Assembly: GCF_001017655.1 (NCBI RefSeq)
Contig: NZ_CP010904.1
Location: 2,070,001 to 2,102,000 of the forward strand
Length of the DNA stretch: 32,000 nucleotides
Reading direction: 5' to 3'
Source of the DNA: Kiritimatiella glycovorans
Lineage (GTDB): Bacteria > Verrucomicrobiota > Kiritimatiellia > Kiritimatiellales > Kiritimatiellaceae
The position numbers were made by a program, and so were the translations under genes. The notes beneath the pieces were generated by a model. It saw nothing but the letters and a program-made list of their open reading frames with translations. It searched no databases and was not told the origin of the DNA. Numbering within the stretch: position 1 is the first letter of the stretch; every line of letters starts with the position of its first letter. Shown piece by piece: positions 8,298 through 18,447 of the stretch.

Positions 8298-10562
8298 TCA
8301 GGGAGAAATCTCAAACCTGTGCCGGAGATAAACCTTTTTCCCGTCCGGCTTCCAGGCGGGTACGCGTATTCCCACCGCCCCGGCCTGCATGCCGACCCAC
8401 GGGTTCGGCGCGATCGTGATGAACGGCAGTTCGGGAGGCCCTTTGACGCCGCGGTGCGCATAGACGTCCCATCCGGAATCGTCGTATCCGCGTTCCGTCC
8501 ACCCCGATTCGACGTCATCGGCATACTTCCAGCCCGCCTGCGTCGTCACATTGCCGGCGTGCGTCCTTAGACAGAGCTGCACCCAGGGCATCCGCCGGGT
8601 CCGTTCGGATTCGACGGCCAGCGCATGGCCCCCGGCATCGAGTTCGACCGGCCAGGCATGAAAGACGGCCGGATGATCGATCCGCGCCGCCTGCTCGCCG
8701 TCGAGAAACACCTTCGTCAGCGCGTTGGCGTACACGCCCAGCAGGGCGCGACGCTCATCCGCATGAAACCACTTGAGCTGCCGGGCCTGTTCGCGGACCG
8801 CACCCTCCCCGCTCGCAATTACGGCCTTCAATTCGTCGGCGTGCGCCGCGAGACCGTCGCGGCGGATCCGGTAGGCGAGTTCGCGCAATTCCAGCATCTC
8901 CATGGCCTCGAAGTCCGGATGACGCTCCATGAACGCGCGCAGGTAATCATGCGCGCCCTCGAAATCCCCCAGCCATTCGTGGTTGATCAGCGAAGTCATC
9001 AGCGTCTGTTCGGCGTAACGGCCGGGGGGCACCGGGCGCGCGTCCGGCCCGGACGGCGGGGGAACCGGGGCGGGCGCGTCGAGGTAATAATACGCCACGC
9101 TCTCCATCGTGCCGGGGCTGTCATGACCGGGGCCGCGCTCGAACTGCACCCGGATCGACTCGTCGAAGGTCACCGGGTCCGGCCCGTGGAAGCGATACTG
9201 GACGGTCCGGAACGGCTCGCGCATAAGCAGTCCGTGCATCGGACGGGCCGCCGCATATTTGTAATACCATCCGCCGTTGAAGTAATCCTCCAGTCCCGTG
9301 CCCCGCCACTGCGGGCGGGCGGCGCCGTCGAGGGTGATGGTCTCATCGCCCTCGAGGATCCACCAGCTGTCCTTGCGGCTGTCGACGTAGAGCATGGTCC
9401 CCGCATAACGTCCGCGGCCCTTCGCGTCGAGCACGGTATGCGGCGTCCCGAGATCTTCCGGCGTGGAGCGGCGGTAGACCGCGTGGAAGTATGCCCGCGC
9501 AGTTTCACCGTCGTCCGGCACCGTGCGGCGGCAGGCCAGTTGCACCGGCACAACCGGCCCGCTTCTGTTGATCACCTCGATCTCCGCCGATGAACGGTAA
9601 GTCATCGGGAACCGGCAGATGAAACGATCCGCTTCCATGCCCAGCCAGTGAGACTCGTAGCGCACCCGTCGCCACCCGCTGCCGAAAAACGCAGCCAGCG
9701 GCACGTGGACGGAAGGCGAAGACGCACCGTCCCAGGTCATGCGGAGTTCAAGCGACGACAGCGCCGCTTCAGCGGCCGTGGCCGACTCAAATCCGGAGAG
9801 ATCCGGCTCGACCACCAATTCATCGATCTTCGTCGGCCCGGCATCGAGATGGAGGACGAGCGGTCGGTCCGGGGCCACCTCCGCCGCGACCTGCTCCTGC
9901 TCTTTTGAAACCGCCGGTCCTTTTTTCCAGCGTTCCAGGACCTCGCGCAGCGCCGACTCGTCTTCGGCGGAGAGTTCTTTCGGGTAATCGGGCGCCTCGT
10001 CGAGCGACTGATGATTGATCTGGTAGAACAGGCGCGGGAATCCTCTGCCGGAGTAGCCGCGATCACGAACCATGATCCGCAGGCGTTGGCGGTACGGGAT
10101 GGGAACGTAGGAATAGAGGCAGCTCTGCTCCCAGTTCGCGAGCGGGGCGGTGAACGGGAACTCTCCTTCCAGGGCCTTGCGGCGCGTGAGGACGATGCGC
10201 GGCCTGCGCTCCCTTCCGAACAGAAAGCGGATCTCCTGATCGGGCTGGATCCCGGTCATCCAGAAACGCGTCACCACGCCCGGCCCCTCGAGATCGGCGA
10301 CCAGCTTCCATCCGTCCGGAGCCGGTCCGGCGAAGTGATTGAAGTCGTCGTTTCCGCCGGTGGGATCGACGGAGGATTCGAGTGTCGTGCAAGGCTGTGC
10401 CGGAGCATCGATTGCGGCGCTCGAAAGCACCTCGTGAACCACTTCGGCATAGGGCCGGTGCTGAGGTTCCTGCGATCCACAACCGGCGGACAGAAACAGG
10501 CCGGCGATCACAAACGAAAAAAGAGCCGTTTTGAGCATGGAAGATCGAAGATCCTTCGACAT
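8298..10562 (-). CDS. Lipoprotein with DUF2961/GH172-type domain and ~270-aa C-terminal extension (helical region plus beta-sandwich-like end)
   Basis: 754 aa. Lipobox signal peptide (MLKTALFSFVIAGLFLSAGC). DUF2961 hallmarks: GPGVVTRFWMTG...IRFLFG and DSWWILEGDETITLDGAARPQWRGTGLEDYFNGGWYY. C-terminal WTERGYDDSGWDVY resembles sugar-binding beta-sandwich modules. An alternative start is at 10538. Confidence 0.75.
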   Translation of the reverse strand: MSKDLRSSMLKTALFSFVIAGLFLSAGCGSQEPQHRPYAEVVHEVLSSAAIDAPAQPCTTLESSVDPTGGNDDFNHFAGPAPDGWKLVADLEGPGVVTRFWMTGIQPDQEIRFLFGRERRPRIVLTRRKALEGEFPFTAPLANWEQSCLYSYVPIPYRQRLRIMVRDRGYSGRGFPRLFYQINHQSLDEAPDYPKELSAEDESALREVLERWKKGPAVSKEQEQVAAEVAPDRPLVLHLDAGPTKIDELVVEPDLSGFESATAAEAALSSLELRMTWDGASSPSVHVPLAAFFGSGWRRVRYESHWLGMEADRFICRFPMTYRSSAEIEVINRSGPVVPVQLACRRTVPDDGETARAYFHAVYRRSTPEDLGTPHTVLDAKGRGRYAGTMLYVDSRKDSWWILEGDETITLDGAARPQWRGTGLEDYFNGGWYYKYAAARPMHGLLMREPFRTVQYRFHGPDPVTFDESIRVQFERGPGHDSPGTMESVAYYYLDAPAPVPPPSGPDARPVPPGRYAEQTLMTSLINHEWLGDFEGAHDYLRAFMERHPDFEAMEMLELRELAYRIRRDGLAAHADELKAVIASGEGAVREQARQLKWFHADERRALLGVYANALTKVFLDGEQAARIDHPAVFHAWPVELDAGGHALAVESERTRRMPWVQLCLRTHAGNVTTQAGWKYADDVESGWTERGYDDSGWDVYAHRGVKGPPELPFITIAPNPWVGMQAGAVGIRVPAWKPDGKKVYLRHRFEISP

Positions 10563-10621
10563 AATAACCGCCTTTCAACCGGACAGGATCCAGTAAGATC
10601 CATAGAATGTAATCAAGCCCG

Positions 10622-10651
10622 TTGACGTATACATGATTCCCGCCATAAAAA
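10622..10651 (+). promoter_or_regulatory. Candidate sigma70-type promoter for the GT2 gene at 10721
   Basis: TTGACG (10622-10627), then a 16-18 nt spacer, then CATAAA/TAAAAA (10644-10651), in an AT-rich divergent intergenic region. GGAG lies 6 nt upstream of ATG 10721. Confidence 0.3.
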
Positions 10652-10720
10652 ACATAGAAGTCTTTTCTGTGACTCTTGTGCCTCTTTGTGGCTATCCAAT
10701 CCTGTCTTGAGGAGATCTTG

Positions 10721-11551
10721 ATGGCGGAGAATGAGCTTTCAGAACAACCGCGCGTGGCCCTGATCGTCTCCGCACGGAACGAAGAGGCGGATATCGGCGA
10801 CTGCCTGCGGAGCCTGCTCGCGCAGGATTACGTGAACAAGCAAGTCATCCTGGTCGACAACGCGTCGACCGACCGCACGGCGGAGATCGCGCGCGGGCTT
10901 GGGGTACGCGTGGAGGACCGGGGGCCTGAGCGCAGCGCGCAGCGCAATCACGGCGCCGCGGTGTCGGACGCCGGATTCGTCTGTTTCCTCGACGCTGACA
11001 TGATCTGCCCGGAAACGATGGTTCGGGAATGCCTGGCACAGATGGAGGATGCGGCGGTCGGCGCGGTGGTCATTCCCGAGGAATCGTTCGGCGAGGGATT
11101 CTGGTCGCAGTGCAAGGTACTCGAGCGGAGCTGTTACCCGCCCGGCGCCTATGTGGAAGCCGCGCGCTTCTACCGGCGCGACGTCTTCGATGCGCTGGGA
11201 GGATTCGACGAAGGACTCACGGGGCTGGAAGATCTCGATCTGCACCAGCGTTGCGCCGCACAGTATGCGATCGGGTACAGCGCAACGCCGATCCGTCATC
11301 ATGAAGGCCGCATCCGTTTCCTTGAGCAGATGGGCAAGAAGTACCGCTATGGCCGCCTTTCGCCGGCTTATGCCCGCAAGCATCCCGAGGCCTTCCGCCG
11401 GCAGGGCAACCCGTTTCGCGGCTACTTCTGGCACGAGCGGAAACGGCTTGCGCGCACTCCGTTTCTGACGACTGCCATGCTCTTCATGAAGTGTTGTGAA
11501 TTAGTCGCGGGGGGCATCGGGGTGCTGATGGGTCATCTTCGGGGGCGATAA
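10721..11551 (+). CDS. GT2 family glycosyltransferase
   Basis: VALIVSARNEEADIGDCLRSLLAQDY...ILVDNASTDRTAEIA...FLDADMICP...GLEDLDL. The ATG at 10721 is preceded by GGAG. The track ORF begins at an upstream TTG (10676). Confidence 0.8.
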   Translation: MAENELSEQPRVALIVSARNEEADIGDCLRSLLAQDYVNKQVILVDNASTDRTAEIARGLGVRVEDRGPERSAQRNHGAAVSDAGFVCFLDADMICPETMVRECLAQMEDAAVGAVVIPEESFGEGFWSQCKVLERSCYPPGAYVEAARFYRRDVFDALGGFDEGLTGLEDLDLHQRCAAQYAIGYSATPIRHHEGRIRFLEQMGKKYRYGRLSPAYARKHPEAFRRQGNPFRGYFWHERKRLARTPFLTTAMLFMKCCELVAGGIGVLMGHLRGR

Positions 11552-11563
11552 ACCGCGGGGGGC

Positions 11564-12745
11564 TCAATCACGGATCAGCGATCGCGCCAGATCGAGGGTC
11601 TCTCTCCCGGTGATCTCCCAGGAAAACCCCGACGCGTAATCCAAAGCCTCGGCCGCCTTTTGTTCCAGCGCCCCGGGATTGTCCAAAAGCTCTGCCGCGC
11701 ACCGGGCCAGGGCCTCGGGATCATCGACCGGAACCGTTTCCATCCCCTTTTCGAAGACCGCGTATACGGGGAGGTCGTAGGCCACGACCGGCAGGCCGCA
11801 CTTCATGGCCTCGAGATTCACTTGGCCGAAGCTTTCAAACCGGCTGGGCATCAGGAAAAGCCGGGCACTCTGGAGTACGCGCCATTTCTCATCGCCGTCC
11901 AGAAACCCCTTCCAGTCGATGTGCGCGTCCGCCTTTTCGCGTTTGATCTGCTGCTTGAACCGGCGTTCCAGGGTGCGGTCTCCCGAACCGATAATCACGG
12001 CTCGAAAACCGGGGCGCTGTCGTCCGATCCTCGCGCACACGTTCACCAGATCCTCCAGTCCCTTCTGGGCGTGGAAGCGTCCGCACCAGGCCGCGTCGTA
12101 CTTCTTATTCACATTGAACTCGGGTACATCCGCCCCGCTGTAGCGCGAGACCACATGTATCCGCTGTGCCGGGAACCACTGCCGGAGCTGTCGCTCGTAG
12201 AGGGGATTGTTGGTAAGAAGGGTGGCCCGCTTCGGGATGCGGCTGCGATATCGCCATTGTTCGAGCCTGTAGCGAATCAGCCTCGGGTCCGGCAGGTGGA
12301 CAGACCCCGTGTACTGCCCGTTGTATCCCCGCCACAGGTCGGGGGCGAGCATATGAACCCAGGCGATCAGCGCCGCCTCCGGCCATCGGTCGGCCAGACG
12401 AAAAAACGGCGTGCGATTGGGAAAAAATTCGTTATGGCAGAGCAGTACCGTATCGGGTTTCCGTTCGAGGCGCTCGATCAGCCGAAGGGCGTGGCGGACC
12501 CGACGCATGTACGCCTGCATGATATCGACGGCGCCCTCGGCTCCGCCACAGGAAGGCACGGGGTGCAGTCTGCAATGCGGATGACAATCCAGACCGAGGG
12601 AGGCATAATTGGGCACGGCGCTGCCGGGCAGCAGGACCTCGTTATCGACCCCCTGTCCCGCCAGATAGCGCACGGTCTCCAGCGTGCATCGATCGCCGCC
12701 GGACATGCCTGAGGTATAGGCCAGATCAAAGTGGATCAACCTCAT
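11564..12745 (-). CDS. GT4 (Glycos_transf_1) glycosyltransferase
   Basis: 393 aa. C-terminal GT-B motif: GRFHAQKGLEDLV...VIIGSGD...LFLMPSRFESFGQVNLEAMKCGLPVVAYD. Last gene of the minus-strand operon. Confidence 0.85.
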   Translation of the reverse strand: MRLIHFDLAYTSGMSGGDRCTLETVRYLAGQGVDNEVLLPGSAVPNYASLGLDCHPHCRLHPVPSCGGAEGAVDIMQAYMRRVRHALRLIERLERKPDTVLLCHNEFFPNRTPFFRLADRWPEAALIAWVHMLAPDLWRGYNGQYTGSVHLPDPRLIRYRLEQWRYRSRIPKRATLLTNNPLYERQLRQWFPAQRIHVVSRYSGADVPEFNVNKKYDAAWCGRFHAQKGLEDLVNVCARIGRQRPGFRAVIIGSGDRTLERRFKQQIKREKADAHIDWKGFLDGDEKWRVLQSARLFLMPSRFESFGQVNLEAMKCGLPVVAYDLPVYAVFEKGMETVPVDDPEALARCAAELLDNPGALEQKAAEALDYASGFSWEITGRETLDLARSLIRD

Positions 12746-12800
12746 ACATGACCCCCTTGGACCTCAGCACGTATCATCATCGCTGAACGGCCTTGAGGCA

Positions 12801-13544
12801 TCAGGGTTTCGCCCCTGCCCGGCCCAGCAGAATGCCGAATGTTCGCGCCCCCTTGAATTCCGCCGGACCCCGCCCCTGGTTCCACCAGCCGCGTACGCTG
12901 AATCCCGCCGACTCGCAGAGATCCTTCAGTGCCGGCGGGGAAAACGCGCGGATATGGCCGGCCGGAACGAACGGCGCCACCTTCTTCTTCAGAAAACCCG
13001 GACGAAGACCGTACGTGATCGATTCGTCGCCGACCTCGGGCCCGAGGGGCTGGCCTCCGCACAGCATCATGATCCGGTTCAGCCAGGAGGTCAGATTGGG
13101 GGTGCTGATCACGACGAGCGCTTCGTCCGCGGCGATTCGATAAAGCTCGCGCACCAGGTGTTCGGTATGAAAAACGTGCTCGATGACGTGATTGCAGAAA
13201 ACGAGGTCAAAGCTCCGATCGGGTGCCGGAACGGGGTCTTTATTCAAATCACATACGTGGAAGGTGAAGGGTTTTCCCCGGTACGCGAAATCCGCGTCGA
13301 CGGGGACCACATCCGTCCCGCAGACCGTCTCGACCGCCAGCTCTCTGCGTTCCAATTCCGCAACCAGGTCACGCAGGAAAACCCCGCGACCGCAGCCGGC
13401 ATCCATGATCCGGATCGGGCTGTCCCCCCGCACGCGGAGCCAGTTCCGCATGGCGCGGCCGCGGAAGAGGGCATCCAGCCTGTAGGTGCCCTTCGCATAC
13501 TCCGATTCGTCGCAGAACTTTTGTCTGTAGAAATCTGCATCCAT
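12801..13544 (-). CDS. Class I SAM-dependent methyltransferase
   Basis: 247 aa. Motif I is IRIMDAGCGRGVFLRDL; post-I/II is FDLVFCNHVIEHV. It starts 3 nt after the upstream gene's stop. Confidence 0.8.
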   Translation of the reverse strand: MDADFYRQKFCDESEYAKGTYRLDALFRGRAMRNWLRVRGDSPIRIMDAGCGRGVFLRDLVAELERRELAVETVCGTDVVPVDADFAYRGKPFTFHVCDLNKDPVPAPDRSFDLVFCNHVIEHVFHTEHLVRELYRIAADEALVVISTPNLTSWLNRIMMLCGGQPLGPEVGDESITYGLRPGFLKKKVAPFVPAGHIRAFSPPALKDLCESAGFSVRGWWNQGRGPAEFKGARTFGILLGRAGAKP

Positions 13545-13547
13545 GAA

Positions 13548-16091
13548 TCACCCGGAGCGATTTTTCCGATTCCGAGAATCCAGCCACCCGCCGGCGCCCC
13601 CCAGCAGGATGGCCGCCGCGAGGCTGACGAACACGGCTCCCGAAGCCAGGCCTCTGAACGCCGGGCGCGGGGCGAACCGGAATTCCACCTCATGCCGGCC
13701 CTCGGGGAGCAGAACGCCGCGCATCAGGTAGTTGGCGCGGACAGCCCCTGCTCTCACCCCGTCAATATGCACCCGCCAGTCGGGGCTGTATCGCGCATTA
13801 TGCAGCAACAGTGAGGGCCGGTCTGCGTCCACCCTTACCCGGGCGTATCCTCTCCGGGATTCGATCACCCTGCCCGCCCGCGGTTCCGCGGTGCCGTTTA
13901 CGGCACCGGCCGAGGTCAGCGGCGTTTCCGTCAGCACCGTCCGGGCGGGATGCCGGGCCTCATCGGCAAGGCGGCTCAGCACCTCCTCGGGTCCCGGCTG
14001 CACCCTTACGTTTTCAAATACCGCAAAGCGCGGCAGCGCGCCCTGCACCCGGTATACGTAATGACCGCGGCCTCCGAGATCTTCACCCTCCGCCACCTTT
14101 TCCAGCGCCGGATTTTCATTCAGCAGCGGTTCCAGACGCACCGGTTGCCGGGAGAGGCCGTAGAGGTATCCGTCCGTCACCACGTACTTTACATTGCACA
14201 ACTGCCAGAACCGGATATTGCGCTCGAGCAGTTCGCGGAACATCTCACGGCCCCCTTTTTGCGGAGCGCCAGGGAGGACCGCGCGGAAAAAGGAGCGATA
14301 CTCGGCAGCCACACGTGACTGCGGGGTATTCTCCATCGTTTCAATCCCGTAATAAGGGAAATGATAGGTAACGTAGCGGCCTCGATAGGGCGTCAGGGGA
14401 AGCGGAATGGCCTGACCGCCGTGAAACACCTTCAGCGAAGCCGCGACGCGGAACGGCGCCTGTTCTTCCTTCTGCGTATTCAAAAAGCGCAGCACCGTAC
14501 CCTGCGCATAGAAGTCGTCGGGCTTGAACAGTGCCCGCCGCAGGTAAAACCCGTCCACGGCAAACAGCTCGATCACCAGCACCACTCCGATCAGGGCGAC
14601 CCCCGCGGACCGAGCCCATTTCCTATCGCGAAAGCGGATCGTCATCCAGACCGCCCCCAGCACCAGGACCGCCCACACGACCATGCGTAACAGCGACGCG
14701 GTTCGGGCCTTCGCCGCGGCCGCCCCCGCCTCCGCGGACCCTAGCTGCGCGCCGAACCCCTGCGCGAGGTCGGGCTGGAAGGCATAGGTGCCGAGCAGCC
14801 CTACGAAACCCGCGACCGCAATTGCGACGAGACCATTGCGCAGAAGAGCGAGAAACCGCGTACGGTCCCGGCGAAAGGCCTCGCTAAAGTACTGAACACC
14901 GAACCCCGCCAGGAGCGACAGCGAAAAGGTCGCCACACTCATGAATTTGACCGGGGCGCGAAAGCGGTCCATGAGGGGCAGCTGAAACCAGAGCTGAAAC
15001 AGCGGGCGACCCGGCCAGAAGCGTCCGCACGCGAGCAGCAGTGCAAGCAGGGACAGCACGGCGAAGAAGCGCACCCTCGAATCCCGCCTCACGCCTGTGA
15101 GGATCGCCACGGCCGCCCAGAAGCAGACCGTGAATCCCGCGGCGTCGCTGTTGTGCGAGACCGGCTTGGTTCCGTGATAGGGGCGCGCGGGATCGCCGCT
15201 GAGTTCCCCGTGGTAGCCGGGGACGAACAGATCAATCCACTCCGCCGGATGGTGGGACCAGCTCGTCGAGAACTGCCACTTCGCCTCCTCCGTCCGAGTT
15301 CCGGCGGTCGTGACGCCGCCGGCCATATTCTTTCCGCCCGCCTGACGCTGCAGCTCGAAAGAGAACACCGAAAGCATCACACCGGCGGCCAGTCCCGCAC
15401 GCAGCCAGAAACCCGCCCCGAAAGCCGCCCGCAACCGCGACGGGAAGTTTATTCCGTCGGGGCAGTCGCTCCACGCCCGGAAGAGCAGGTAGGCCGCCGC
15501 CGCGAAGGAGAAATAGAGACCCCGCTGCGGGTCTTCGTTCATCAGCATCCCCCAGGCACAGCCGCCGGCCAGCGCCGAGGCCGCGCGGTCCAGTACCCCC
15601 CGCCCCCGCTCCGTCCAGCGTGTGATGAAGTAGAACAGCGCGGCAATGAAGGCGGGGGCGCTCAGCACCGTGAGGTGAACCGGGTAGATCAGCGTGACGA
15701 AATGCGGCGTGAACCCGAAGGCCGCGGCCCCGATGACCGCGGGGCCGCGTTCGAGCCGGTATTCGCGGAGCAGCAGATACGTGAAGAGCATGGCCGTCGC
15801 CCAGGAGGCGATGCACAGCCCGTACAGCATCCCCCCCGGATCGAGCAGCCGGGACGCGAGGGTCCACGTCTGGACGCCGAACACCCCCGATCCGCCGAGC
15901 CAGTAGGGCGTCCACCAGCCCTCGAACCCGTCATCGATCCATCCGTCGCGTACGCTCCGGATGGAGAAATTTCCGTCGACCCCGAGTACGGGGCGGAATT
16001 CCGGAACCAGGGCGGGGAGAAAGAAGACCGACGCGAGCAAGAGAAAAAGCAACGACACCAGCAGGGTTTCACGTGACAGGTTTCGCATCAT
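13548..16091 (-). CDS. YfhO-like GT-C polytopic membrane glycosyltransferase
   Basis: 847 aa. ~500 aa polytopic N-terminal part, then a ~300-aa soluble region ending in YSPDWRVHIDGVRAGAVRANYLMRGVLLPEGRHEVEFRFAPRP, followed by a terminal TM helix (ASGAVFVSLAAAILLGG). This C-terminal pattern and overall size match the YfhO family architecture. Confidence 0.65.
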   Translation of the reverse strand: MMRNLSRETLLVSLLFLLLASVFFLPALVPEFRPVLGVDGNFSIRSVRDGWIDDGFEGWWTPYWLGGSGVFGVQTWTLASRLLDPGGMLYGLCIASWATAMLFTYLLLREYRLERGPAVIGAAAFGFTPHFVTLIYPVHLTVLSAPAFIAALFYFITRWTERGRGVLDRAASALAGGCAWGMLMNEDPQRGLYFSFAAAAYLLFRAWSDCPDGINFPSRLRAAFGAGFWLRAGLAAGVMLSVFSFELQRQAGGKNMAGGVTTAGTRTEEAKWQFSTSWSHHPAEWIDLFVPGYHGELSGDPARPYHGTKPVSHNSDAAGFTVCFWAAVAILTGVRRDSRVRFFAVLSLLALLLACGRFWPGRPLFQLWFQLPLMDRFRAPVKFMSVATFSLSLLAGFGVQYFSEAFRRDRTRFLALLRNGLVAIAVAGFVGLLGTYAFQPDLAQGFGAQLGSAEAGAAAAKARTASLLRMVVWAVLVLGAVWMTIRFRDRKWARSAGVALIGVVLVIELFAVDGFYLRRALFKPDDFYAQGTVLRFLNTQKEEQAPFRVAASLKVFHGGQAIPLPLTPYRGRYVTYHFPYYGIETMENTPQSRVAAEYRSFFRAVLPGAPQKGGREMFRELLERNIRFWQLCNVKYVVTDGYLYGLSRQPVRLEPLLNENPALEKVAEGEDLGGRGHYVYRVQGALPRFAVFENVRVQPGPEEVLSRLADEARHPARTVLTETPLTSAGAVNGTAEPRAGRVIESRRGYARVRVDADRPSLLLHNARYSPDWRVHIDGVRAGAVRANYLMRGVLLPEGRHEVEFRFAPRPAFRGLASGAVFVSLAAAILLGGAGGWLDSRNRKNRSG

Positions 16092-17182
16092 GGCTCCTTT
16101 CTACACACCTTCTGCAGCAGCGACAACCATTTGTCGGCCGAGCGGTCCCAGGAGAATTCCGCCGCCCACGCCAGGGAAGATTCGGACCAAGCCGCGCGGC
16201 GGTCCGGATCATCCAACAGCCCCCGTATCTTATCCGCCAGCACGTCCGCCGCCCCGTAGGGAAACACGTCCCCGTTCACCCCGGGCCGGATGGAATCGCG
16301 GATGCCGGGGACGTCCGACCCGAGCACCGGGGTTCCGCAGGCATTCGCCTCGAGGTTCGTGATACTCCATCCCTCCATCATACTGGGGTTGACCGCGATC
16401 CACGCCCGCTGAAGAAACCGGCGTTTATCCTCCTCGCTCACCCGGCCCTCGAACCGGACGCGGTCGCTGATCCCGTACTCGCGGCAGATCCCCCGCAGGC
16501 GGGGTTCGTCATCGCCGTGACCGATCAGTCTGAAGAGCACCTCAGGGGCATGCAGTAGGCGGACCGCGTCGAGCAGCACGTCCACGGACTTATAGCGTTT
16601 GAGCCGTCCGAGGTAGACGATCTCCGGCCGCTGCGCCTTATCTCCGGGCGTCAGGTCGCCGGAAAAGGCGTTATAGATCACCTCTACCGCCGTCTGCGCG
16701 CCGAACAACCCGCGTATCATTTCAGCGGAACTCGGCGACACCGTAACGATCGGGCGGCCGCGATATACCTTGGGCATGACACGGCTTTCGAGAAATCTTC
16801 CCAGCAGGGCAAGCGGGGGCGTCAGTTCACGCCGCCAGACCTCGGTGTGGACGTGGTGAACGAGCAGGACTACGGGGCATGAGACGTACAGGGGGGAGAA
16901 GAATGGGATGCCGTTTTCCACATCGATGACCACCTCGGGGCGCGGACGCAGCCGCCGGAGGGCGGCCTGCGCTTTCATGTAGATGGTGTATTTGCCCCCG
17001 ACGCGGCGGAAGCTGATCCCGTCGTGCACCTCCTCCGCCGGCGCGCCCCGGACCCGCGCGGCCAGCCAGTCGACGCTATGCCCCTGCGCCGCCCAGCGTT
17101 TCGCCTGTTCGTGGAGATACACCTCCGACCCCCCGGCCTGGGGATGCCGGAAACACCGCCAGTTGAGGACGGCGATCTTCAC
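16088..17182 (-). CDS. GT4 (Glycos_transf_1) glycosyltransferase
   Basis: VKIAVLNWRCFRHPQAGGSEVYLHE...; C-terminal GRLKRYKSVDVLL...LIGHGDDE...NPSMMEGWSITNLEANACGTPVLGSD. Start chosen at GTG 17182: GAAGGAAG lies 7 nt upstream and it makes a GTGA overlap with the flippase stop. The track ORF extends to 17260. Confidence 0.85.
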   Translation of the reverse strand: MKIAVLNWRCFRHPQAGGSEVYLHEQAKRWAAQGHSVDWLAARVRGAPAEEVHDGISFRRVGGKYTIYMKAQAALRRLRPRPEVVIDVENGIPFFSPLYVSCPVVLLVHHVHTEVWRRELTPPLALLGRFLESRVMPKVYRGRPIVTVSPSSAEMIRGLFGAQTAVEVIYNAFSGDLTPGDKAQRPEIVYLGRLKRYKSVDVLLDAVRLLHAPEVLFRLIGHGDDEPRLRGICREYGISDRVRFEGRVSEEDKRRFLQRAWIAVNPSMMEGWSITNLEANACGTPVLGSDVPGIRDSIRPGVNGDVFPYGAADVLADKIRGLLDDPDRRAAWSESSLAWAAEFSWDRSADKWLSLLQKVCRKEP

Positions 17183-18447
17183 GATCGTGCTTCCTTCTGC
17201 AGTATGCGCTTTCCGCGTCCGCCGAACATCGAGATCATAAGGAAGGCGATCGACAGCCACCCCCCTGCCGCCACACAGGCGATCATCTGACGAGGAGTCT
17301 CATGGAAAGCGAAAAGGGCCATCAGATAACCCGTCACGAGCGGAAGCAGGCCGAGCGTGCGGCCGGTCAGATGACGCGCCCAGAGGTACTTGGACACGAT
17401 ACCGACCAAGCTGATGGGAAGCGCAGCCCAGACGTAGAGGCGGGCGCAGTCGAGATAGGCGCCGCCGTCGATGCCGTACATCAGGCGCATGGGAACGGCG
17501 GGGACAAGCGCGATCAGCACGGCGGCCGCGAGTGAACTCAGGAGCGCGAACAGAAAAGGCGCAAAGAAGATGGCCCGCCGCGCAGAGGTCACCGCACGGG
17601 GGAACATGGCCAGCGCCACGGGCTGGGCGAGGAAGAGCACGGTTCGTGAAAGGGTGGCCGCCTTGCCGTACACCGCCAGCGCCTCCCCCTCCAGAAACCG
17701 CTTCGACATCATGATATCGCCGTGCATCAGGAGAAAGACGGCGCCCTGCCCCAGCAGTACCGGCCAGAGGTATCGGTAGATCGGGCCTGTGTCGTAATCG
17801 GGTATGGCGGTTGTTTCCCTGACCACGCGACGGAAGGGAATATTACCGATGGCGAGACTCAGGAAGGTCGCGAGAAGGACGCCGGTCATAACCCCGTCGA
17901 CGCTCCCTCCCCACCAGACGATCAGCGCGCAGAGCAGCAGTCTGAAAAAACCGCTGCTGAAATTGGAGGCGGCCAGCCAGCCGAAATTCCGGGAACCCTG
18001 GAGGGCGCCGCCGATGATCGGCCGGTAGAGCATCAGCACTGCGATAGTTCCGAGCAGGATGATCGACCAGATGCTCGGCGCCTCGAAAAGCCGTCGCAAC
18101 CAGGGTGAGAACAGGATCCAGGCCGCGAGCCCTCCGCACGCCCAGAAGCTGACCCGCCGCATGGCGCGCTTGAAAATGGTAACCCATACCTGAACCGCGT
18201 TCTGGTGCGCGTGCTCGGCGATGTAGCGCGCGATCGTAATCTGCATCGCGGCCGCGGGCAGCCCCAGCACACTGAGCAGGCCGAGCAACGCGACGACGGC
18301 TGCGTAGTCCACCCCCGGCATCATTCGGCCCAGCACCACGTGCACGAGCAGATAGAAAAAACCCGTCACGGCTCCGGTACCGATCAGCAGCCCGCTGTCC
18401 CATGCAAACCGATACCGGTCGCGCAGATTCTTCACAAACCCGATCAT
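17179..18447 (-). CDS. PST/MOP-family polysaccharide flippase (Wzx-like), copy 1
   Basis: 422 aa, about 12 predicted TM helices. The N-terminal pattern VHVVLGRMMPGVDYAAVVALLGLLSVLGLPAAAMQITIARYIAE is typical of polysaccharide-biosynthesis (PST) flippases. ATGA overlap with the upstream sulfotransferase gene. Confidence 0.75.
   Translation of the reverse strand: MIGFVKNLRDRYRFAWDSGLLIGTGAVTGFFYLLVHVVLGRMMPGVDYAAVVALLGLLSVLGLPAAAMQITIARYIAEHAHQNAVQVWVTIFKRAMRRVSFWACGGLAAWILFSPWLRRLFEAPSIWSIILLGTIAVLMLYRPIIGGALQGSRNFGWLAASNFSSGFFRLLLCALIVWWGGSVDGVMTGVLLATFLSLAIGNIPFRRVVRETTAIPDYDTGPIYRYLWPVLLGQGAVFLLMHGDIMMSKRFLEGEALAVYGKAATLSRTVLFLAQPVALAMFPRAVTSARRAIFFAPFLFALLSSLAAAVLIALVPAVPMRLMYGIDGGAYLDCARLYVWAALPISLVGIVSKYLWARHLTGRTLGLLPLVTGYLMALFAFHETPRQMIACVAAGGWLSIAFLMISMFGGRGKRILQKEARS

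Noticed and set aside
8625-9593. 322-aa ORF on the plus strand
   Set aside because: Antisense shadow of the DUF2961/GH172 lipoprotein gene.
11660-12712. 350-aa ORF on the plus strand
   Set aside because: Antisense shadow of the GT4 gene at 11564..12745.
15153-16076. 307-aa ORF on the plus strand
   Set aside because: Antisense shadow of the YfhO-like gene; extremely Arg/Pro/Glu-rich.
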